A stretch of DNA of 64,000 bases from Marine Group II euryarchaeote MED-G35 (GTDB taxonomy: Archaea > Thermoplasmatota > Poseidoniia > Poseidoniales > Thalassarchaeaceae). The position numbers were made by a program, and so were the translations under genes. The stretch lies in contig NTJS01000005.1 in NCBI GenBank assembly GCA_002457155.1, forward strand, positions 1,694 through 65,693. Direction: 5' to 3'. Below are positions 26,882-36,400 of this stretch, piece by piece. The notes under the pieces are model-generated. The model searched no databases and was not told the origin of the DNA. It worked only from the letters and a program-made list of their open reading frames with translations. Position 1 is the stretch's first letter, and every line of letters starts with the position of its first letter.

Positions 26882-26897
26882 TTTAGGCTAGCCTAAA
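26882..26897. promoter_or_regulatory. Perfect 16-bp palindrome TTTAGGCTAGCCTAAA in a divergent promoter region; candidate metalloregulator operator
   Basis: The sequence is its own reverse complement. It lies 44 nt from the start of the binding-protein gene (26838, minus strand) and 46 nt from ATG 26943 (plus strand). Its arms TTAGG/CCTAA are the half-site arms of DtxR/IdeR-type iron boxes, but the spacing differs. Confidence 0.35.
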
Positions 26898-26913
26898 CTA
26901 TTTACCAACTCCG

Positions 26914-26920
26914 ATATAAT
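26914..26920 (+). promoter_or_regulatory. Candidate TATA box (ATATAAT) for the 26943 gene
   Basis: AT-rich heptamer 23-29 nt upstream of ATG 26943. This spacing fits a short-leader or leaderless archaeal transcript. Sequence pattern only. Confidence 0.25.
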
Positions 26921-26942
26921 CATCTCCTTCTGCCACTTCAGA

Positions 26943-28940
26943 ATGATAGTGAGTACTACGGCCAAGTCATTTTTGCTTGCTATGATGTTTGCAATCTCCG
27001 CATCCGTACAAACTCTTCATCACCATCACGAGCTAGATAGCAAGTCAGACAGAATGGAACAGTTCGGAGGCGGGGGGTCTCTGGAGGATCAATGTGGGTC
27101 AATTACATTCGAGGATATTTTCATCTACAACCAAGCAATTTTCGAGGTCCGCGTCAATGATGACTGGAAATCTGCCGAAGTGGATGCTAAGGCATGGATA
27201 AACTGGTCACTATCTGATGACATTAGGGAGGACTTGGATGCATTCCTAGAGGATATTGTTCCCTCGGGAGGGGATGGTTGGCTCTCTACTGATGAGATAG
27301 ACGCGATGGTCTCCATTGCTGCAGACTGTCTCGAGTATAGCATCACTAGGATCGGGATTCGAGATGGTGCCCCCCATAGGGGGGGAGAGGGGGTGAGTTG
27401 GATGAACACAACCTGGGAAGACGGTCAGACCAACATCGGTCATCTCAACGGAGTACCAACGAGGCATTCACAATTGAGGGACTGTCAAGGATTTAGCCAA
27501 GATGGGTGTGTCGAAGTACCTGTGATTCCAGATTCTGAGAGAGACTGTGACATTGAAATCAATGAGTCCTTGGGAGCAGATGAGTGCAGAATCGAGCTTT
27601 GGCTAAATGCAACAATGGTAATTGAAGGGGTTTCGGACCCCAATGACTTCACCATTGCATTCAATTCATCGAACATGAGCAATGCGAGGTTAGACTTCAC
27701 TTTCCCCGTGATGCCCGACCTGAGGATGGACATGTGGGAGGAATGCGAGGGGAGATTCGTAGGTGTCGATGAGGAAAATCCTGGAACTGACTCAGCGCCG
27801 ATAAGAGGAAGTTGCATTGGAGATGGAACGGCGAGCTATGAGTTGTTGACAAACGACGATGGTAGTTTGACATATTCCCTAGAGTCGAACTTCTCAAGAG
27901 AGGAGTGGCCACTGGGGGAAGATGTCTTCGCAGACTTCACGACATCGCCAATCCCGACTGATGAAGCCCCGACTTGGACCCAACAAGCACCTATGAATGG
28001 AACATGGATTCCGGTTGTTGGAGAAGGGGCAAACAAGTTGTCATCTTGGGAAGGTATTGCATCTTGGTTCGATGACGAGTCGGGAGTTTCCAACCTAGAT
28101 GTCGTCTGCAATTCAGGTGGAAATGAGATTTCGCAGAGCATCGATGGATCATTGTGGATCAATGTGGATGGAGTCACCGAGATTTCATGCGAAGCGAAGG
28201 ATGCGTCTGGCAAGTCCAGTGGGAATCGTACGTGGCAAGTTGGAGTGCCTGTCTCAATATCCACGCCCGAAGTAATTCTCCAAGACCAGCACCCCCTGAT
28301 TATCTCACATTCGGATTCATGGGGTGGAGACGTTATCGTGCGCCTAGCACTTAGTCAAGGTGGACAACCAAGTGAGATCCAGGAGTTCCACAAAGGAAAT
28401 TCCTCGCAGCAGGCTGTGGACCTAAGTCCACAGGGAATCATTCCAGGTCCTGTCAATGTCTGGGTCGAGGTATTGGTTGGCCAATTCTCTTTCCAACATA
28501 TCATAGATCTAGGGATTGTGAAGGAAAGTGCACCCCCTTCAATGACCATTGGCTCGGGGGAATTTGAGGGTAAAATGTGGAGAGTTGGAGGGCAATACAG
28601 TGATCCAGATGGCGAGCCGGTAACTTTCACGATAGAGGTTGACGACCAGGAAATTGGCAATATCATGGTTTCTGGAAATACTTGGGAGAGCGAATGGATC
28701 GATCTAAGTGTATTTTCATTGGGAATCATCGAAGTGGATGTCACGGGATGTGATCATTCGGGCAAGTGCACGACATCTAGCACAACCGTGGATATTTCAT
28801 TGGTAATGGAAGAACTATTAGAACACGAAACACCTGATGATATTGATGAGGTGGAGGAGAGCATACTGCCCTTCGCGGGAATACCTTCTCTGACCATAGC
28901 AATATCAGTGGCAATACTTTTCAGAGGACGGAGGGAGTGA
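26943..28940 (+). CDS. Secreted acidic protein with C-terminal TM anchor, unknown function
   Basis: Signal-like N-terminus (MIVSTTAKSFLLAMMFAISASVQT) followed by HHHH. Asp/Glu/Trp/Cys-rich body. C-terminus ILPFAGIPSLTIAISVAILFRGRRE. Confidence 0.6.
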   Translation: MIVSTTAKSFLLAMMFAISASVQTLHHHHELDSKSDRMEQFGGGGSLEDQCGSITFEDIFIYNQAIFEVRVNDDWKSAEVDAKAWINWSLSDDIREDLDAFLEDIVPSGGDGWLSTDEIDAMVSIAADCLEYSITRIGIRDGAPHRGGEGVSWMNTTWEDGQTNIGHLNGVPTRHSQLRDCQGFSQDGCVEVPVIPDSERDCDIEINESLGADECRIELWLNATMVIEGVSDPNDFTIAFNSSNMSNARLDFTFPVMPDLRMDMWEECEGRFVGVDEENPGTDSAPIRGSCIGDGTASYELLTNDDGSLTYSLESNFSREEWPLGEDVFADFTTSPIPTDEAPTWTQQAPMNGTWIPVVGEGANKLSSWEGIASWFDDESGVSNLDVVCNSGGNEISQSIDGSLWINVDGVTEISCEAKDASGKSSGNRTWQVGVPVSISTPEVILQDQHPLIISHSDSWGGDVIVRLALSQGGQPSEIQEFHKGNSSQQAVDLSPQGIIPGPVNVWVEVLVGQFSFQHIIDLGIVKESAPPSMTIGSGEFEGKMWRVGGQYSDPDGEPVTFTIEVDDQEIGNIMVSGNTWESEWIDLSVFSLGIIEVDVTGCDHSGKCTTSSTTVDISLVMEELLEHETPDDIDEVEESILPFAGIPSLTIAISVAILFRGRRE

Positions 28941-28941
28941 A

Positions 28942-29466
28942 ATGAGCTTCTCTGGTAGAGTGAATCGTGAGTCCCATTTAGGTGGGTTGCTTGTGGATTT
29001 CGAAGGTAGGCCTCCTAGGCTAGGGACAAGGATTAGAGTCTCCGGTGGGAAGATTCTGGGGAGGGTTGATACTGTGATCGGCCCGGTTGGGTCGGCGCTG
29101 ATTCACGTTCATCCGTTGTACAATGGCATTGATGCTAGGGCATCTGTGGGGTCTCCAGTAGAGATCGCCCCCAGAGAGAGGCCGCGGCAGGATCGTTCCA
29201 GAGGAAGGCATTCAGGTAGTAATTTTCGTGAAAGAGGAGGTCCCAGAAGAGTTTCTTCCGGGAGCAGGGGCGACCGGAGTTTCCGAGGCAACAAGGGCGG
29301 CGGTAGCCGCGGCAGGGGCCCGGGAGGGCAAGGCGGACGGAGCTTCCGAGACAACAAGGGCGGCGGTAGCCGCGGCAGGGGTTCAGGTAACTCTGGCAGG
29401 AAAACAGGAAACTCTGGTCGTAGAAGAGATTCAGGCAAGAGCGGCGGGGGCAACAGGAGACGTTGA
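28942..29466 (+). CDS. gar1: Gar1-like H/ACA RNP protein core with C-terminal Gly/Arg-rich (GAR/RGG) tail
   Basis: The N-terminal ~80 aa follow the archaeal Gar1 pattern G(R/K)V...S..G.L.V.....P.LG......G..LG.V..V.GPV....I.V.P. The tail is SFRGNKGGGSRGRGPGGQGGR / SFRDNKGGGSRGRGSGNSGR. The ATG lies 1 nt after the upstream stop. Confidence 0.55.
   Translation: MSFSGRVNRESHLGGLLVDFEGRPPRLGTRIRVSGGKILGRVDTVIGPVGSALIHVHPLYNGIDARASVGSPVEIAPRERPRQDRSRGRHSGSNFRERGGPRRVSSGSRGDRSFRGNKGGGSRGRGPGGQGGRSFRDNKGGGSRGRGSGNSGRKTGNSGRRRDSGKSGGGNRRR
29278..29381 (+). repeat. 63-bp-period tandem repeat encoding the RGG tail
   Basis: 29278-29318 and 29341-29381 (ag[t/c]ttccgag[g/a]caacaagggcggcggtagccgcggcagggg) differ at 2 of 41 positions. 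Confidence 0.85.
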
Positions 29467-29508
29467 CCCCACCCCAGCATTCTTCATCCGCCTCATTCTG
29501 CGTGTTTT

Positions 29509-30480
29509 GTGGCGAAGAGTGCCGAGATGATTTGGCTGGATGCCATGGAAGCTAACGAAGAGGGGAACAGGGAAGCAGCACTGGCAATGGCCGAAGAGAT
29601 TGTTTCACTGGACGAAGGGCACTCCGATGCTTGGTTCGCAATCGCTCAATGGACTCTTCCTATCGATTCACGTGGGAAGCAGATGATGCCCGATATGATT
29701 CAGTCTTCGAAGACCATGTCGGCAATCAAGAAGACGGTCGAACTGGACCCTCAAAACGAGCATGCATGGAAAATAGGAGGGGAAATCATGGTAGGTCACT
29801 TGGGAATGCTAGAACATGGTCTTGAGTGGTGGGAAGGGAGGAAGGATGCGGCTCCCAGTGACGTGCTTCCCTATTTCGAACAAGTTTCCATTCTGATTAG
29901 GCTTGGTTACTTCGAGGAAGCTGGGGAGTACCTAGAGGTCTTGGACAGGATGATCGAATCTCAGCCCAGCAAGTCTCTGGAGGCCAGAGCCGGGAGACTC
30001 AGGGGGATTTACGAGGAACAGGCGTCCATGGAGAGGGAACTGGGTTTCGAGCCGCAGAATAGCAAGGACGACTCGTGGGACCTAATCAGTCGGATGCGAA
30101 AGAAGAAGCCGATCACAGAGACTTACTTCCTACTAATGTTCGTCATGCCCATAGTTTTCTTGCTTGGCTCTGCAGCAATGATGGTGGTGCCGAGCACATT
30201 GGTTGTGATGCTGCTGATTATCGCCATGTACTTCGGAATCGCACGATTCTCAAGGAGGCTGCTTCTCAAACTTAACAGGCCCGAGTCATTCCTGAACAGG
30301 GCTATCGATATTGAGTGCTCAAGCGGCAAGGTTTGCGTCCCTGATGATATCAGAGTGTCCAAGCTCTACTCTTACGTGATCAAGAAGAGGACCCCGTCAT
30401 TCCAGGAAAGGCTGGGTGTGATCGAACAATCGGGCGAGCCCCTTCCCATGAATTGGGGCCTCGACGTCCCTGAACTCTGA
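29509..30480 (+). CDS. TPR-like N-terminal domain protein with C-terminal TM helices
   Basis: Helical-repeat-like N-terminus. Hydrophobic segments YFLLMFVMPIVFLLGSAAMMVV and LVVMLLIIAMYFGIA. The start is GTG 29509 or ATG 29527. Confidence 0.55.
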   Translation: MAKSAEMIWLDAMEANEEGNREAALAMAEEIVSLDEGHSDAWFAIAQWTLPIDSRGKQMMPDMIQSSKTMSAIKKTVELDPQNEHAWKIGGEIMVGHLGMLEHGLEWWEGRKDAAPSDVLPYFEQVSILIRLGYFEEAGEYLEVLDRMIESQPSKSLEARAGRLRGIYEEQASMERELGFEPQNSKDDSWDLISRMRKKKPITETYFLLMFVMPIVFLLGSAAMMVVPSTLVVMLLIIAMYFGIARFSRRLLLKLNRPESFLNRAIDIECSSGKVCVPDDIRVSKLYSYVIKKRTPSFQERLGVIEQSGEPLPMNWGLDVPEL

Positions 30481-33400
30481 TCAACCACCGCCGCCCTTCT
30501 GCTGCGAGTAGTATTGGGCGTAGTACTGGGTAGCGTACTGCCGTGCCATCTGCTCCTCGTATCCTTGTGCCACCAGTTGCTGCACGTAAGCCTCGACTGG
30601 ATCCATCTGCTCGACACCGCCGAACGACTCCACGGAGTCCTGCTCCTGGTCCGAACCCCCTCCCCTTCTCATGAACATCATCGTAATAGCCAGGACTGCA
30701 ATGAGCAGTAACGCGCCGATTCCCGCGAACACGAATGTGGAAGGGCCACTGTTCCCCTCCTCGTTTCCACCGGTCTCTTCGTCCGACCTTGGAACAGTGT
30801 ACAACTGGATCTGGTCATCGACCACGTAAGACCCCTCTGTGACCCTGATGTGGATGATTCCTGCATTTCCATCGAGCTCGAGATAGAGATGGGATATGTT
30901 CAGTGACAGCAAGTACTGGTCTCCGTCGCATAGCCCGTCCTGCCAGTCGAAACGGCCGAGGGCCTTCTGGGCAGTCTTGATTCCCTCGCTCTTGTCGAAA
31001 ACCGAGATGTCATCCAGAGATGCTTCGACCTTGACGTCGCATTCGGCGCTTGCATCGTTGTCTACTACGGTTCCAGTAATGTTGACAATGTCAGAGTCCA
31101 ATGCAGAGAATGAGTCTCCGTCTGCAGTTGTGATGCTGTCGAATTCAACATCAGGGGCAGAGTCCCCAAACATTTCCCCTACCACTTCGAAGAAGACCCG
31201 ATTTGGTTCCAAGTTTCTCTGCTCCCTCTTGTCATAAACGGTCAACTCGACCATTATGGTGTTCTGTCCGACCGTCAGGTTCCTGAATGTGTAAGTCCAC
31301 TCCACCTCGCTACCTGGTAGCTCGTACACGTGCACGCTGTCGCCGTCTCCGTTAATTGACCAACTGAACTTCCCTATCCCAGTTCCAATGTCACTGCTGT
31401 TTGCTGATGAGAAGCTGATTGTGGTGTCACCAGTATCAGATAGCCTGACCCTATACTTGGGCGAATCTACCATGATCCAGTTTCCATCTTCATCCTGATC
31501 CCCGGTGGGTGTCTGCTGGTAGCCTACGAACTCGACGAATTCAGTGAATGCAAAGTCCTCCAAAATCTCGATGTGAGCAACGGGAGGTGTGCTGTCCGCA
31601 TTGACGTCATTCGTGTATACGGAGATGTTGGTGATTCTGGTATTTCCATGCGAGTCGTGGAGGAACAGCCAGATCCTCCATTCGGCGTCAATCTTGCACC
31701 CAAGTTCGGCGTTCTCATCAGGGACGCAGAATGTAGCGGTGACAGGGTCGGTTGAGTTTGGCCTGTGCACGTGGTTGTTATCGTCACCAAGTGCCTGACC
31801 ATCCCAGCCAGTGACGTCTTCTCCATTGGCAGACTCAATCAGCCAGTCTGCATGGATTCCAGTCGTCTCGGTTAGGAAACCGAAGTCCAGCTCGGCCGAG
31901 CTCTTGATGGGAGTCCTTTCGTACGCCCCTAACATCAGATCATCAAGCGATTGTACGGCACCATCAATCGTGAGCTCGAAGCCCTCGCCTGCTATCTCGA
32001 ATCCGTCCGGATATGGAGACAGGTGGAAGTCCAGTAGGTTGGCTAGCATCGGGAAGTTAGGGTCGCCGAACGGTTGTGATACGGCTGGGTTCTCGACATC
32101 TATGGTAGTCACTATCATTCCACCTTGTTGGTAGTTGCAAGTAGACAACAGGGACTGGCTTGGATTCTCTGAGTCCCTGATGATGGTGTGGAATGTCCCG
32201 CCATCTGATATTTCTCCCCCTTCGGTTCCCCCTGGAGGGCCATCGCTGCAAATACGAGGGATGTTCTCTGCTTTCACTTGAGTAAGGTCCAGTGTGGAAA
32301 GCGCTACGTGCGTCCCTCCGTTGATCCCCGCTAGAGCGGAGGGGTTGATCCCTGACATCAACGGGTGGAACGGATCGATTAGGCTGATGTTGTCAGAGAG
32401 GACGCGATGGTCTACTGTGGCATTGAAATGGTCCCTCATGACGACGTTCATCCCGAATGGCAGCCTGTCGCGAGCATTTGGGTTCTGGATGTCATCGTAA
32501 TCCGAGTAATAGGGTCCTAGATGGACCTGCAAGGTCCCTCCATCCCTCATGAATTCAATTAGAGACTCGGTTAGGGTGATGTCAGCATTGTCTGGGTTTG
32601 GAACTCCTAGGAGTTCGTAATAGTCGCCGTATTCTACGCTGTAGTCGGTCTGCCATGGGAGGAGAATCTTGGAGTAGTGCTCAAACCAGTCCTCCATTCC
32701 GTACACGTTCCATTCTTCTACCTCGAACTGGGTGTAGGTCTTGTTCATGGCAGAGAGGTCCTGCTTGACCCTCTGTAGCCTGTTCTGATCAGTCGGGTTG
32801 GAAAGTATGGCTACATCGATGTTGTCTAGGAATTGGATGTCGAAGTACCTCTCGTTCCCTGAAGTCGCTCCTGTCTCGGTTAGAATGGACTGGAAGCTGA
32901 TGTTGTATGTGTGGGAGTCGAACCAGAGGTCGTATGGGGCCGACCAATTGGCCTGTGACCTCTGGTGCGGGTCTAGAACGAATGGCCCGTTGTCCGAGGT
33001 CTGTTCGTAGACTGTCTGACCGGTTTCTTCGTCGACTATCTTCATAGTGACCTCGTAAACCCCCTCAATGACCCCATTCAGCATAGGAACGGCGAAGTCG
33101 TGTGACTTCTGCCCTTGTGGGTTCGTTGCATACACACACGAGTAGACGGCGTCAGCGACGCAGTCCAGGACATCGGCCTGTAGGAGTGTGATGTCTGCAT
33201 TTGCTATCTCGAACAAGATGGTGGAGACGTTGTTAGCCTTACTGATCTCAGGCTTGTCGAACCACTTGGACGCGTTGTTCGTGTTGTTGTACAGTGTCAT
33301 CAGGTCTATCCTGTAAAGGCCGCTCTCGAAGTCATGAATGCCCATCTCTAACACTCTCTTCTGACCGGCATCCATCCCGGTTACAGTCTGGGTGTATTCA

Positions 33401-36400
33401 CCGTCATCGGTGAATGTGTAGTCGTCCACCCTGATGTTGTCAATTGCGAATCCGGCGTATCCGGCATTTCCGTTTACTCCATCATCATTGGAGTAGAATC
33501 TCCATGTGAATGTGACATCAGCTCCGGATAGGGAAGTGCATTCGTCAGTCCATGCAAAGGAGTCCTCGGCAGTCTGGTTGAGCAGGTGAACATGGGTCAA
33601 GTCGATCCTAGCTGTGTTGACAAGGTTATCAGAGTCGAACCAGGATACGAAGCCGTCTTCACCAATTCCGCCTGAGTGGTCTCCTGCGTACTCTACTTCC
33701 TCGTAGAGTCCGTTCTGGTCGAAGTCCTCGCAGTAGTTGTAAATCGTCTCCGTGTATGGATTGAATGCAAGCCTAAGGCCGTTCTCGTTCAGATCGGTCC
33801 AGCTTCCGTAGATTATCCCCTGGTATACCTCACCTTCCTTGACCCAAGAAGCCTCTAGGTAGGAGAAGTCCCTGACTGATTGGACGTTTCCGTTCCTATC
33901 GGAGATGTGATCCCCCTCAGCGAAGTAATCGAAGCTGAGGAATGTGAAATCGGCTCCGCTATCGGTTAGCTCGATAGGCTCGAGTGTAAGGGTCTCGTTC
34001 CAGCTGTCTCCGTAACCATCGTCGGGATGCCCGAGCCAGTAAGCCTGGTTCTTGAAGACGCCCTGGTTCTGGGGGAGCATATCGTTTGACCCCGTTGAAT
34101 CGTCCAATCTGCTTCCGTTTTCGTTCCCATCGTCCTCCCATATCGGTTGGAATCCTGAGAAGTCCTCTGCTGCGATCAGCTCTGGGAGGGCGTTTCTGAC
34201 CTTCGCTTCGACGTCGAAGTCGACGAATGTGTTGCCCCAGTTCTGCACGCCAATAGTGATTGGCATCTCCCCCGATGCATAGCGTTCGCCATTCAGGAGA
34301 TCTAGCCATGGCTCTTCGAACAACCCCGGATCGTATAGGTTCCGTACAGTTAGCTGGAACCTAGTCTGGTCGTTGGTGCTATCCTGGTCCCCTTGACCCC
34401 CACCCAGATTGAAGTTGGACAGCACGGTTGAGATGTAGTAGGTGGTGTTGTCTACGAAGTCTGCAGTAAGTTGGACTTGCAACGACTCGCCTGCAACTAG
34501 GTCTAGGTTTGTCAGTTCCTGACTCTCAACCGTGGAATCTCCAAAGTTCACATCCCTTGTCCTGACCGAGATGTTGTCGATGGCGAACCCATCGAGGCCG
34601 GAGAAGTCCTCGGACCCCTCGGGACCAACAGTTCCCTCCAGTCCACTTCGGAAACGGAATCTGATGTCAATTGTCTGACCAGCGTAAGGGGTGAGGTCGA
34701 TCGAGTCTGCCTTCTGATCAAGTCCTCCATCTTCCCAGCAAATGTTGTAGAAGACGACGCAGGAATCTCTAATTCCACCTGAATCGGTGTAGTTGTTCCA
34801 CATTGTTGTTTGCCAGTCTCCGAAGAAATTGTCGTTGTAGTCGTTGTACTCTGGGTCAGGGGCACTGGAGACTCTCTCCTCGATGCGGTACTTCCTCTCG
34901 TTGTCCCAACCACCATACCTCCAAACGGTCTCCCATCCACTTCCATCGCTCCAAACCTCGATGCTGCAGGAATCCTCGTACAACCACCTCTCGATGACGT
35001 CATACGGTTCTGCCAAGAATAGTTCGAAGAAACCTGCAGTGCAAATGGCATCCATGTCCAAGAATGCGGCATCGGCTCCAGAGAGGTCAATGCCCTCTAG
35101 TATCAATGCCTCGTCCATGTGGTTGTAGTAACCCGAATCCTCTGTTGAGTTGCCATCATCTAGATCGTAGGTGTGCGAGACCCCAGCCCAGTAGTAGCTT
35201 GTGGGGTTTGCCTCTGCTTCCCAACTTGGGTAAGCGACTGGGCCATCCCAAGACTCATTGTTCTCCTCAGGGTTGCCGTCTGCTGCGAAGCACTTGTCGG
35301 TCCCGTTAGGCATGCACTGGTAGTCGCTGTTGTTGAAATGTGCGACGTCGTACTCGTCGTAGTCTTGGCTGATCCAATGCCGATCCTCGTCTATGTGCCA
35401 GGAGGAGTTGCCAGATTCGTACTCGCCGGTGTAAGAGTACTTGTTGAATGAGGCCGAACCCGTGTTGATGTCAGGAGATGATGACTCGAAGTCGTTGAAG
35501 TAGATCACAGTGTCAGTTCCACCGAGAACCTCCCTAACCTCCAGGTCGATGTCCAGGCTACCCCCGGAAATGGGCATCAGGCCAGTGTTCTTGACCGTCA
35601 CGTTTACCCAACGATTTCCCTCTCCAACGATGCTCTGGAATGTGGCAGGATCTTTTACTGACGGTTCAATCTCTACTCTAGTGATTCCGAGATCGAAGTT
35701 ATCCAGAACCAGTACTGACAGGTAATCCCCCTGACCAGCATATCCCTGTGTGTCCAGCCACATGGCGTTGTTCGAGAATCTGTAGGTATAGTCCTCCTGT
35801 CCGATGACTACCTCGAGAGCACTGTTCTCTGCTCCTTGGAGTTGTCCTGGCATTGCCATTGTTGGCCTCCTACCGACATCGAATGATAGAGGGTCAAGAT
35901 ACCCGTTACCATCTGGGTCAGCGAGAAGGATCTGCACAGTGTTCAGAGCACGAAGGTTTGGCCGCAGAAGGAATGTCTGATTCTGTACCGTGGACTCCTG
36001 GGTGTCCAGCAAGGTCAGGGAAGTGGGTACGAAGAAGTCGAGTTCGCCATCTTGGTTGACATCGGCTATGGTGACCGAGGCTCCTAGATAATCTCCGAAA
36101 TCAACGTAGTTCTGCTTGTCCCATCCCGAGGACGTCTTGGTTGCATAGGATACATTGCCTGTGATGCCGTCAACGACTGCGATGATGTCTATCTCATTGA
36201 CATCGTCATCTGGAGTAGAATCGGCGATATCAAGTCCGTACATCGGGTAGTCGTGCTCGGCATCGAGTGTGAATTCGTGAATATTTCCAGTACCTGTTGG
36301 ATTCATTGGGTTCGGGTACTGGCCTGTCACGCAATCGTACTCCAGTACTGTCATGTTGTCGTATGTTCCAGAAGAATACCCGACGCCTGCATTGTAGGGA

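Noticed and set aside
29109-29480. 123-aa Pro/Leu-rich ORF antisense to the Gar1-like tail, and the +2-frame ORF 29228-29530 (Ala/Gly-rich).
   Set aside because: These are shadow frames of the GGN/CGN-rich RGG repeat. The sense frame continues a recognisable N-terminal domain.
34548-35090. 180-aa ORF on the minus strand inside the 2258-aa gene (other frame), and several 60-115-aa ORFs on both strands across 30.5-37.2 kb.
   Set aside because: They are embedded in a continuous 6.8-kb ORF with coherent domain signatures. Their translations are low complexity (Thr/Ser/Arg-rich).
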